Positions 1-7,791 of a stretch of 31,393 nucleotides of DNA are shown here, one piece after another. The stretch spans positions 5,921-37,313 of the forward strand of contig CAYHXK010000001.1 of NCBI GenBank assembly GCA_964360125.1. Reading direction: 5' to 3'. Both the position numbers and the translations under genes were made by a program. Source of the stretch: an uncultured Sterolibacterium sp. Lineage in GTDB: Bacteria; Pseudomonadota; Gammaproteobacteria; Burkholderiales; Rhodocyclaceae. Numbering within the stretch: position 1 is the first letter of the stretch; each line of letters starts with the position of its first letter. The notes beneath the pieces are model-generated. The model was not told the DNA's origin. It saw only the letters and a list, made by a program, of their open reading frames with translations, and did no database searches.

Positions 1-300
1 CCCAGGATCCAGGTGGATTTCCTCCCCCCCCTGCCTGATCTCACACCACCCCTTGAGCTGCAGCTGTACGATAAACCGGTGATCGGCCGAGGCGCGCTTG
101 CGTTCTACCGTATGCGGTGTTCCGCCGGTTTCCCTGAGGAGAACAGTGCCGATCGCGTACTGGGTCAAGCTGGCCTGAAACGAGAGTTCGTGGTACGGAT
201 CGCAACACGCCTGCAAACCGAAATGCTTCAGCATTGCTTCGCGCCAATAGGGAAAGCGCTCAGGCGGGGGGAGCGGGTCGGTGTCGAGTACGAGGTTCAC
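1..300 (-). CDS. AraC-family transcriptional regulator, N-terminal ligand-binding domain (partial; runs off the window edge)
   Basis: Manual translation of the minus strand from GTG 300: VNLVLDTDPLPPPERFPYWREAMLKHFG...FIVQLQLKGWCEIRQGGEEIHLDPG. This resembles the 'T..P..ERF.YWRE' and 'QgG.e..L.PG' pattern of FeaR-like AraC N-termini. Not in the ORF track because the frame is open at the edge. Confidence 0.75.
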   Translation of the reverse strand, partial: MNLVLDTDPLPPPERFPYWREAMLKHFGLQACCDPYHELSFQASLTQYAIGTVLLRETGGTPHTVERKRASADHRFIVQLQLKGWCEIRQGGEEIHLDPG

Positions 301-432
301 GAAAATTACCGGTAGCCGTTCAACGCTTCGATTTTAAAGTATTGCCGGAGATCCGGGTAGTTGCAAAGGAATGCCGGTTTCGCGGAGGGCTTCCTGGCGG
401 GGTGGGGCGCAAGAAGCACCAGCTGACGCAAG

Positions 433-1614
433 TCATGACTGGGCGGTCTTGGCATCATCCCAAGGCGGAAACAACCGGACTGCCACCGTCAGCAGCACAA
501 AGGGCGCCATCAGCAGCAGCGCAGCGGTCAGGCCACCCTCCCTCTCGATGAAGGGCATGTGGTAGGTGAGCAATCCCTTGCCGGTCTTGGCGATTTCCTG
601 TCCGCCGATGACCACGTTCCAGCGCATCATCAGCACCCCGACGAGCACCAGGAAGGCGCTCATGACGGTTCCCGCGATCAGCGCATTTCCCTTGGTGCCC
701 CGCCAAATCATGAAGGTCAACAGGAGCACCGGCACTACCGAGCAGATGCCTATCTGGACGATCCAGAATGGAACAATGAGCGGGCCTCTGACGTATTCCA
801 TGATCACTTCTATCCCCTCCCGGCCCCTGTAGACAAGGCTGGCGAATTCCACCGCCTCCAGCAACAGGGCAAACAGCATGAAGCCCCACAGCGAATAGGT
901 CATGCCCTTCAGACATTCCAAGTCGACCGCGATCTTGCGCAGCCTGCAGGACAGGACATAGAGGACGATCAACAGCGCAATGCCGGAGATGATCGCGGAA
1001 AACAGGAAGATCGGCGGCATGAGGTCGGAGGACCACCATTCCCTGGATTTCAGCGAACCGAAGACGAACCCGACGTAGCCGTGCAAGCCGTGAGCGCCGG
1101 GGATGCCGATCGCGGCCAAGGCGAAGATCCACTTCCGGTCATAGTGCATCGCCTTTTCGGAAACATCGTAGGACCCGAGCGTCAGGATACGATAAAACCA
1201 GCCCGGTAGCCCTTGCCTTTGCTGTGCCTGCTCGACGATGTAAGGGCGAAACACGAACCAGTTTTCCAGCAGCAGGAGAATCAGGTAGAAAGCCGCGACA
1301 TAACCGAAGACGGCGAAGGCCGAGGTGGTGTGCGGCGTGATCATGGGATTCAATGCCCGCTCCGGATGGCCGAGGTGCAGCAGCAAGGGCAGCGGCACGA
1401 TGAGCATGCAGCAAAGAGAGGTGAGCATGGCGAAGTGCGCGACGGGCTTGAAGCGCTCCATGCCGAAGACCTGGTAGAGACTGGACATGGTGAAGGCGCC
1501 GGCCACCAACCCGGTCAAATAAGGATAGACGACGATCAGCACGGTCCAGGGGATGATCGTCTCATTGGGATAGACGTAGCCGGTGAACGGCGCGACGTGA
1601 TAGAGCGCTTCCAC
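433..1614 (-). CDS. NrfD/PsrC-family polytopic membrane quinol-interacting subunit
   Basis: GTG at 1614 overlaps the upstream TAG and follows an AAGGAGGTG SD. Motifs 'PNETIIPWTVLIVVYPYLTGLVAGAF', 'LLHLGHPER' and 'WWSS.LMPPIFLFSAI.SG'; about 8-10 hydrophobic segments; 393 aa. Confidence 0.9.
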   Translation of the reverse strand: MEALYHVAPFTGYVYPNETIIPWTVLIVVYPYLTGLVAGAFTMSSLYQVFGMERFKPVAHFAMLTSLCCMLIVPLPLLLHLGHPERALNPMITPHTTSAFAVFGYVAAFYLILLLLENWFVFRPYIVEQAQQRQGLPGWFYRILTLGSYDVSEKAMHYDRKWIFALAAIGIPGAHGLHGYVGFVFGSLKSREWWSSDLMPPIFLFSAIISGIALLIVLYVLSCRLRKIAVDLECLKGMTYSLWGFMLFALLLEAVEFASLVYRGREGIEVIMEYVRGPLIVPFWIVQIGICSVVPVLLLTFMIWRGTKGNALIAGTVMSAFLVLVGVLMMRWNVVIGGQEIAKTGKGLLTYHMPFIEREGGLTAALLLMAPFVLLTVAVRLFPPWDDAKTAQS

Positions 1615-2450
1615 TAGCTCACCTCCTTGTCGATGCCGACATAGAACACATTCGGCGCATTGCCGGATTCGGGCTTGAGGACGGTCACCCGGTTGTTGCG
1701 CAGGAACAGGCTGATCGGACTTTGCTTGTCGTTGCGATCGCCGAAGACACGCGCACTCACCGGACAAACCTCGACGCAGGCAGGCTGCAGGCCCTTGGTG
1801 ATGCGGTGATAACACCAGGTGCACTTGTCCGTGGCGCCGGTTTCCTCGTTGAAAAAACGGGCGCCGTAGGGGCAAGCCTGGACGCAGTACTGGCAGCCGA
1901 TGCAATAAGTGTGGTCGATGACGACCACGCCGTCTTTGGTCTTGTAGGTCGCTCCGGTCGGACACACTTGCACGCAGGCCGGATGGGTGCAGTGATTGCA
2001 AAGCTTGGGCACGAAGAATGCCTTTTCCACCTTGGCATCCTTGTAGCGATTGGCGAATCGATACTTTCCCTCCGCGCCCGAGGCCTCGATGTTGACTGGA
2101 TCGTGCTGGCTGTCGATGCGCGCCTTATCCTCTCCCTCCAAAGTGACGTAGCGCTCTACCCAGGTGCGGAAGTGACTGGCGTCTATGGGGACGTTGTTTT
2201 CCACCTTGCAGGCCTCGACGCAACGCAGGCAGCCGATGCACTTCGTGGCATCGACGCCAAAGGCCCAACGATGCTTGCTCCAGTCATACCCCGGAATGTC
2301 CGGTTTGGACGGGGCGTCGACGGCGGCGGCTTCGGGCAGGAGGGCATTGGCCGCGATCGCCACGCCGCCGCCGATGGCGCCGCCGAAGAGGCGCAGGAAG
2401 TTCCTGCGCCCTGCTTCTTCAAGCTTCTCGACCTCATCTTTGTTTTCCAT
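1614..2450 (-). CDS. NrfC/DsrO/TtrB-type 4x[4Fe-4S] protein with Tat signal
   Basis: Start ATG 2450. RRNFLR twin-arginine motif; CIGCLRCVEAC, CNHCTHPACVQVCP, CIGCQYCVQACP and KCTWC...PACVEVCP. Confidence 0.92.
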   Translation of the reverse strand: MENKDEVEKLEEAGRRNFLRLFGGAIGGGVAIAANALLPEAAAVDAPSKPDIPGYDWSKHRWAFGVDATKCIGCLRCVEACKVENNVPIDASHFRTWVERYVTLEGEDKARIDSQHDPVNIEASGAEGKYRFANRYKDAKVEKAFFVPKLCNHCTHPACVQVCPTGATYKTKDGVVVIDHTYCIGCQYCVQACPYGARFFNEETGATDKCTWCYHRITKGLQPACVEVCPVSARVFGDRNDKQSPISLFLRNNRVTVLKPESGNAPNVFYVGIDKEVS

Positions 2451-2485
2451 ATTTTTCCCCGTAAGGCTCTGTTTTTTTACCTGTC

Positions 2486-3520
2486 TCACCTGCAAGCGGC
2501 ATTGGCGTAATAGGCCGCCAAGGCTGCCGCATCGGCATCGTTGAGATCTTTGGCAATCTTGCTCATCAAGCCGTTCTTGCGTCCGGCCTTGTAGGATTTC
2601 ATGGCGCTCGCTAGATAGTCCTTGGATTGTCCGGCCAGGTTTGGCCACATGGCCTGTCCGCTGATTCCGTTCGCGCCGTGGCAGGAGGCGCATTTCGAGG
2701 CAAGCACTTGACCTCTGGCGGCGGCCTTGGTCTCCCCATTCCGAGCGCTCTTGCATTGCAGACCGGCATAATAGGCAGCGAGATTTTCGGCAGCGGTATC
2801 GCTCAAGTCCTTGGCCATGCCGGTCATCATGGGGTCCTCCCGCAAACCTCGCCTGTATGCCATGATGGCATTGGCGAGATAGGCCTCATTCTGGCCGGCA
2901 AGGCTTGGTATGGTGGGGATTTCGCTGACCCCCGACTTTCCGTGGCAAGCTGCGCAATTGCCAGCAATTGCTTTTCCGGCCGCCGCATTGCCTGGCTGGG
3001 AAGTCGACGCCAAGGCCCAGACGAAAATCCTGGGCGAGTGGACATTGTGGCAAGCTTTGCATTGCTGGTCTTCGGCGTGCGTGGCGACCACGATTTGTTT
3101 TTGCTCAAGCGGCCGCCCAGGCATCTGCTCGTGGCAGAGGGTGCACAGTTTTACGGTATCGCTTGGGTTCTCGAGCTTCAGCTGGTTCGTGTGATCCGCG
3201 CCGGTAGCAGAGATATCGGAGAGGGGGGTTTCATCCCGACTGCCCGCAACGCCGTGACAGACTTCGCATTTGACGACTTTCCCCAGGGCAGGGCTGTTGT
3301 GTACGCCCTTGGACCATTCCGCGTATTTCTCGGCATGGCACTGCTTGCAGGCTTCCGGGGTCCGGAATTTCGGCTGGTCTGAGGCGATTTCCGTCACCGA
3401 GTTGCCTCGATAGTGCCCATAGCGGTAAAAGGAGTCGACGGTCAGGAATTGTTTTCCCGCATACCCGAGCACGCCGAGGACCACGATGAGGAGAACGAGC
3501 CGAACAATATGTTTTGGCAT
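2486..3520 (-). CDS. Membrane-anchored hexahaem c-type cytochrome (tetrahaem domain plus two class I c553/c4-like domains)
   Basis: N-terminal hydrophobic helix; six CxxCH motifs (CKQCH, CEVCH, CTLCH, CKACH, CAACH, CASCH). The last two sit in 'P.LAGQ...YL...M..' class I domains. Confidence 0.88.
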   Translation of the reverse strand: MPKHIVRLVLLIVVLGVLGYAGKQFLTVDSFYRYGHYRGNSVTEIASDQPKFRTPEACKQCHAEKYAEWSKGVHNSPALGKVVKCEVCHGVAGSRDETPLSDISATGADHTNQLKLENPSDTVKLCTLCHEQMPGRPLEQKQIVVATHAEDQQCKACHNVHSPRIFVWALASTSQPGNAAAGKAIAGNCAACHGKSGVSEIPTIPSLAGQNEAYLANAIMAYRRGLREDPMMTGMAKDLSDTAAENLAAYYAGLQCKSARNGETKAAARGQVLASKCASCHGANGISGQAMWPNLAGQSKDYLASAMKSYKAGRKNGLMSKIAKDLNDADAAALAAYYANAACR

Positions 3521-3591
3521 GATTTCTTGATCAGTGGACGTTCGAGTGCAACGGCCCTGGATCCGATACGCGTGCCTCGTACCGACTCAGG

Positions 3592-4227
3592 TTATTTCGC
3601 TGCGGTGGCGCCCTGGTTGAACATGTAAACAACCGCATCGCGCATCTCGGCGTCGGTGAGATCGGCCATGCCGCCGCGCGCAGGCATTCCTCCATGTCCA
3701 TTGATGGCGGAACGGACCAGGGCATCCATTCCATTCGCGCCGCGCGGTAGCCAGGCAGTCCGATCGCCGATCTTTGGGGCGCCGTGCAGTCCGGTTTGGT
3801 GGCACTTGACGCATTGCGCCCGGACAATGTCTTTACCGGGGCGATCGGCAGTCTTGCTTGCCTTGTTGGTGGGCTCGGTCCAGTGGCCGCCAGACTGGTT
3901 GACCATGTAGGTAATGGCGCGCTGGATTTCGAAATCGCTGACGTCCGGATTGCCTCCATGCGCCGGCATCTTCCGGATGCCCTTCAAGGCGGTTTGCGTG
4001 AGGCTACCGAGACCCCGCGAAGCGCGCTTGCTCCATGCCTGCTTGTCGCCGATTTTTGGCGCACCATCGGCGCCGGTTGCGTGGCATGCGGAGCACACGG
4101 CTTCCGCCACTTCCTTGCCGTTGCGTTCGCCGCTCTTGGCCCGCGCCGCCTCCGGGATGATGAGCATCGCGAAAGCAAGGGCGATGGTTGTTATGATCAG
4201 TTGCTTCGGCGCCTTGATAGAGTTCAT
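3592..4227 (-). CDS. Dihaem cytochrome c5-type protein
   Basis: Signal peptide; CSACH and CVKCH, each followed by 'GAPKIGD..AW..R' and 'MPA.GG' c5 motifs. Confidence 0.88.
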   Translation of the reverse strand: MNSIKAPKQLIITTIALAFAMLIIPEAARAKSGERNGKEVAEAVCSACHATGADGAPKIGDKQAWSKRASRGLGSLTQTALKGIRKMPAHGGNPDVSDFEIQRAITYMVNQSGGHWTEPTNKASKTADRPGKDIVRAQCVKCHQTGLHGAPKIGDRTAWLPRGANGMDALVRSAINGHGGMPARGGMADLTDAEMRDAVVYMFNQGATAAK

Positions 4228-4308
4228 GACTGTCCCACCGTTGTCGAGGGTGAACTGCCAATTTTGTTCTTAGCCGCAGGAATGCGATCACCCGAGCGCA
4301 TATTGAGG

Positions 4309-4842
4309 TCATTGACCGGGTCGCGATTTGATCTCGATCAAATATCTCATTAGCTCCCGATACTGGCCGCCCTGAAACAGCAGCGGCGCTCGTTCCTCAC
4401 GCAAGTATTTCTCCACCAGGCCGACGAATATCAGGTGGTCGCCGCCGGCATGACGCGTCTCGTTGCGACATTCGAAGCGCGCGCAACAGCCTTGCAGAAG
4501 TGGGGCGCCGCCGCTGCCCGTGTCGAATTTCAGGGCGGCGAACTTGTTCTCGGATTTTTCCTTGGAGGGTCTGGCGAAATGCTCCGACAACTCGACTTGG
4601 TCAGCCGCCAGCACATTGATCGCATAGTGGCTGCAGTGCTGGAATACCGCCAGGGCCGGCGAGTAGAGCGACAGACTCCACAGCACCAGCGGCGGGGCTA
4701 GCGATACCGATGCGAAGGAGTTGACCGTCAAGCCCACCAGTTCGCCGCCGACGCCGCGCGCGGTAATCACGGTGACGCCGGTGGCAAAGCTGCCCAGAGC
4801 GGTGCGGAAAGCCCGCGTGTCGAATTCATTCTCAGCGTTCAT
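4309..4842 (-). CDS. Flavin reductase (HpaC/HsaB/RutF-like)
   Basis: Start ATG 4842. 'FRTALGSFATGVTVIT', 'GLTVNSFASVSL.PPLVLWS' and 'GGDHLIFVG.V' motifs; overlaps the monooxygenase stop by 11 nt. Confidence 0.92.
   Translation of the reverse strand: MNAENEFDTRAFRTALGSFATGVTVITARGVGGELVGLTVNSFASVSLAPPLVLWSLSLYSPALAVFQHCSHYAINVLAADQVELSEHFARPSKEKSENKFAALKFDTGSGGAPLLQGCCARFECRNETRHAGGDHLIFVGLVEKYLREERAPLLFQGGQYRELMRYLIEIKSRPGQ
4328..4341. promoter_or_regulatory. FNR/ANR/DNR box
   Basis: TTGAT-CTCG-ATCAA is a perfect FNR consensus about 100 bp upstream of the c5 ATG. A possible -10 (CAATAT, 4305-4300, minus strand) lies at class II spacing. Confidence 0.8.
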
Positions 4843-6052
4843 AGGGCGGCAAGTCGGCGCCGTGGCCCAGGGCAACGCGACCATAGATCGCGGCGGCGAC
4901 ATCCCAGTTGAGGGCGATGTGCGAACAGGCGGCGCGGATGTCGCGCAAGGCGCGTTGCGCCGGATGGGCGAGGAATAGCGCTGCGCCGCCGGAAGCGTCG
5001 AACAATAGATCGACGGCGCGGCGGCCGAGTTGTGCGGCAAACGCGGCATCGCGACGCAGACGGGCTTTTTCCAGCAGCGCCGGCGCTTCCGCGCGCGCGG
5101 CGTCGGCCATGATGTCGGCGCAGTTGCCGAGCAACAGGCGCCGCGCCGCATCGATGCTGGCCGCAGCCTCGGCAACCCGCGCCTGCACCGCGTGGAAATC
5201 CGTCAGCATGCGGCCTGAGTAGGAAGTCAGGCGGTCGCGGTCGTCGCCGGTAAACAGATCCAGGGCGCCCTGGGCAATACCCAGTGCTACGCCGGCAACC
5301 ACATAACCGAAAGCCGGCAGCAGCGGGATGCGGTAGAGCGGCCCCGGATTGACCTGCGAGCCCGGCGTAATGCCTCCTTGCAGCGCCGCCAGCGGCAGGC
5401 TGCGATGCGCCGCCACAAACACTCCGGCGACACTCACTTCATTGCTGCCGGTGCCGCACAGACCGGCCGCATACCAGGTGTCGCGCACCGAGTAATCGCC
5501 TTTGGGTAACAGGAACATGCGGTACTCTCCGGGAATAGCGGCGAAGGCATCGAGGTCGTGCTGCCGACTATCCTCGCCTCCCTCGCCGACGATGGCGCCC
5601 AGCATCACCCAGGCACAGTCGTCGATACCGCTGGCGAAAGTCCAGCGACCGCTCAACCGATAGCCGCCTTCACAAGCCTGGGCGCGACCGGCGGGGAAAA
5701 TCAAGGAAGCACAGATCAAGGCAGCGGCGGTTTCCCCGCTGGCTCCCCACACCTCGTCCTGCGCCGCCTGCGGCCACATGCCGAGCATCCAGTGATGGCT
5801 GGCGAGATTGGCCAGCACCCAGGCGCTGGCGGCGCAGCCGCGCGCCAGCTCGGCGGAGACCTCGACCAGCGCGGCAATATCCAGCTCGGCGCCGCCGACC
5901 CGCGCCGGCTGCAACAGGCGGAACAAGCCGGCGCCATGCAACTCGTCGAAGGTCGTCGCGGAGACGCGCCGGGCGGCCTCGGTTGCCAGCGCGCGCTGCG
6001 CCAGCGCCGGTCGCAACGCGGCGGCACGCGCCAAAGCTTCGGCAGGATTCAT
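4832..6052 (-). CDS. Acyl-CoA-dehydrogenase-fold flavin-dependent monooxygenase (group D, HsaA/C2-like)
   Basis: 'LFRLLQP.RVGG', 'GRWTFASG', 'W...GL.GTGSN.V' and 'RDI.AAC.HIA' motifs; coupled to a flavin reductase. Start ATG 6052 (TTG 6064 is an alternative). Confidence 0.85.
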   Translation of the reverse strand: MNPAEALARAAALRPALAQRALATEAARRVSATTFDELHGAGLFRLLQPARVGGAELDIAALVEVSAELARGCAASAWVLANLASHHWMLGMWPQAAQDEVWGASGETAAALICASLIFPAGRAQACEGGYRLSGRWTFASGIDDCAWVMLGAIVGEGGEDSRQHDLDAFAAIPGEYRMFLLPKGDYSVRDTWYAAGLCGTGSNEVSVAGVFVAAHRSLPLAALQGGITPGSQVNPGPLYRIPLLPAFGYVVAGVALGIAQGALDLFTGDDRDRLTSYSGRMLTDFHAVQARVAEAAASIDAARRLLLGNCADIMADAARAEAPALLEKARLRRDAAFAAQLGRRAVDLLFDASGGAALFLAHPAQRALRDIRAACSHIALNWDVAAAIYGRVALGHGADLPPYER

Positions 6053-6118
6053 GGAGGCGGACAAGGCGGCTTCCTCGGCTAGGCTAGAATTGCACTATTC
6101 ATCAATCTGGAGGACCCG

Positions 6119-7318
6119 ATGAAAATCGGCACCCCGCTTTCCCCCTCATCCACCCGCGTGATGCTGCTCGGCAGCGGCGAACTCGGCAAGGAAGTGATTA
6201 TCGCCTTGCAGCGCCTGGGTGTCGAGGTGATCGCCGTCGACCGCTACGCCGACGCCCCCGGCATGCAGGTGGCGCACCGCAGCCATGTCGTGACCATGAC
6301 CGACGGCGCCGCACTGCGCGCGGTCATCGAAAAAGAGCGTCCGCATCTGGTGGTGCCGGAGATCGAGGCCATCGCCACCGAGATGCTGCTGGAAATCGAG
6401 CGGGAAGGACTGGCCGAGGTGATCCCGACGGCGCGCGCGGCGCGCCTGACCATGAACCGCGAAGGCATCCGCTGCCTGGCCGCGGAAGAACTCGGCTTGC
6501 CGACCTCGCCGTACCAGTTCGCCGACACGCTGGCGGAATTGCAGGCGGCCATTGAAACCATCGGCTACCCGTGCGTGGTGAAACCGGTGATGTCGTCCTC
6601 GGGCAAGGGGCAATCGCTGCTGAAGACGCCACTGGACGTCGCCAAGGCTTGGGACTATGCCTGCGCCGGCGGCCGGGTGCGGCAGAACCGTGTCATCGTC
6701 GAGGGTTTCATCGCTTTCGATTACGAAATCACCCTGCTGACGGTGCGCGCCATCGGCGCTTCCGGCAAGGTGGAAACTTGTTTTTGCGAGCCGATCGGCC
6801 ATGTCCAGGTCAACGGCGATTACGTCGAATCCTGGCAGCCGATGGCCATGTCGGCGATAGCGCTGGAGAAGTCGCGCGCAATCGCCGCAGCCGTCACCGG
6901 CAACCTCGGCGGACGCGGCATTTTCGGCGTCGAACTGTTCGTCAAGGGCGACCAGGTATGGTTCTCCGAAGTCAGTCCGCGCCCGCACGATACCGGCCTG
7001 GTGACGCTGTGCACCCAACGCCTGTCGGAGTTCGAACTGCACGCCCGCGCCATCCTCGGCCTGCCGGTGGATGTCTCGCTGCGCATGCCGGGAGCCTCGG
7101 CGGTGATCTACGGCGGCATGGAAGAAAAAGGCATCGCTTTCGAGGGCGTCGCCGAGGCACTGGCCGTGCCGCAGTCCGACCTGCGCCTGTTCGGCAAGCC
7201 GGAAAGTTTCGTCAAGCGGCGCATGGGCGTGGCCGTGGCCAACGGCCAGGATACCGACGAGGCGCGCACGCGCGCCAAGCTGGCGGCCAGTCGTGTCAGA
7301 CCGGTCAAGGGAAAATGA
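6119..7318 (+). CDS. purT: Formate-dependent phosphoribosylglycinamide formyltransferase
   Basis: '[12 protein letters not shown]', '[12 protein letters not shown]', '[12 protein letters not shown]' and 'RRMGVAVA' motifs; GGAGG SD. Confidence 0.97.
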   Translation: MKIGTPLSPSSTRVMLLGSGELGKEVIIALQRLGVEVIAVDRYADAPGMQVAHRSHVVTMTDGAALRAVIEKERPHLVVPEIEAIATEMLLEIEREGLAEVIPTARAARLTMNREGIRCLAAEELGLPTSPYQFADTLAELQAAIETIGYPCVVKPVMSSSGKGQSLLKTPLDVAKAWDYACAGGRVRQNRVIVEGFIAFDYEITLLTVRAIGASGKVETCFCEPIGHVQVNGDYVESWQPMAMSAIALEKSRAIAAAVTGNLGGRGIFGVELFVKGDQVWFSEVSPRPHDTGLVTLCTQRLSEFELHARAILGLPVDVSLRMPGASAVIYGGMEEKGIAFEGVAEALAVPQSDLRLFGKPESFVKRRMGVAVANGQDTDEARTRAKLAASRVRPVKGK

Positions 7319-7363
7319 TACTCGCAGCGAGACCGGCGCCTGCTCGCCGAGGCCGGGTACTGC

Positions 7364-7657
7364 TCAGACGCAGCCAGTCGGCTTGGGCATGCCGCCGTAC
7401 TTGGTGATGGGCTTCATCGGCCCGGTCAGCCACAATTCGAAGATTTCCTTTTGATCCATCTCGATGTATTTGGCGAATTTGCGGATCGGCGGTACTACAT
7501 TGAATTCTTCGAAATATTCCCGCGCCTTCATGATCTGTTGCCATTTCAAATCGTCCAGATCAAAGCCGTCGGCGGCGGCCATGGCCCGGGCGATCTCAGG
7601 GGTCCAGCTATTCATGTCGGTAAGATAGCCATCGCCATCGCGTTCAGGTGTGCTCAT
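7364..7657 (-). CDS. TusE/DsrC-family sulfur relay protein (single C-terminal Cys)
   Basis: 'DGDGYL.D...WT.EIA' N-terminus and 'GGMPKPTGCV' C-terminus; lacks the second Cys of canonical DsrC. Confidence 0.88.
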   Translation of the reverse strand: MSTPERDGDGYLTDMNSWTPEIARAMAAADGFDLDDLKWQQIMKAREYFEEFNVVPPIRKFAKYIEMDQKEIFELWLTGPMKPITKYGGMPKPTGCV

Positions 7658-7737
7658 AGTGTTTACCTCAAGAGTGGCAGCCGGCCCGGATGCGAATGCA
7701 ATCAGGTCAAGCCGCAGTATTGCAAAATCCGGTCGCT

Positions 7738-7766
7738 ATTAAATAATACTTGAGTATATTAGTCAA
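7738..7766 (-). promoter_or_regulatory. sigma70 promoter for the tusE/dsrC-like gene
   Basis: Minus strand reads TTGACT (7766-7761), 17 bp spacer, TTTAAT (7743-7738), about 80 bp upstream of the ATG. Confidence 0.7.
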
Positions 7767-7770
7767 GTAC
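7746..7770. promoter_or_regulatory. IscR type-1-like (Rrf2 family) operator
   Basis: ATACTTGAGTATATTAGTCAAGTAC matches 23 of 25 positions of the IscR type-1 consensus ATASYYGACTRWWWYAGTCRRSTAT; contains the inverted repeat TACTTGA-N9-TCAAGTA. Confidence 0.7.
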
Positions 7771-7791
7771 AAATTAGAATGGTGTGTCTTT

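Noticed and set aside
13-315. 100-aa plus-strand ORF from the track
   Set aside because: It is the antisense shadow of the AraC-like minus-strand frame and has no recognisable motifs.
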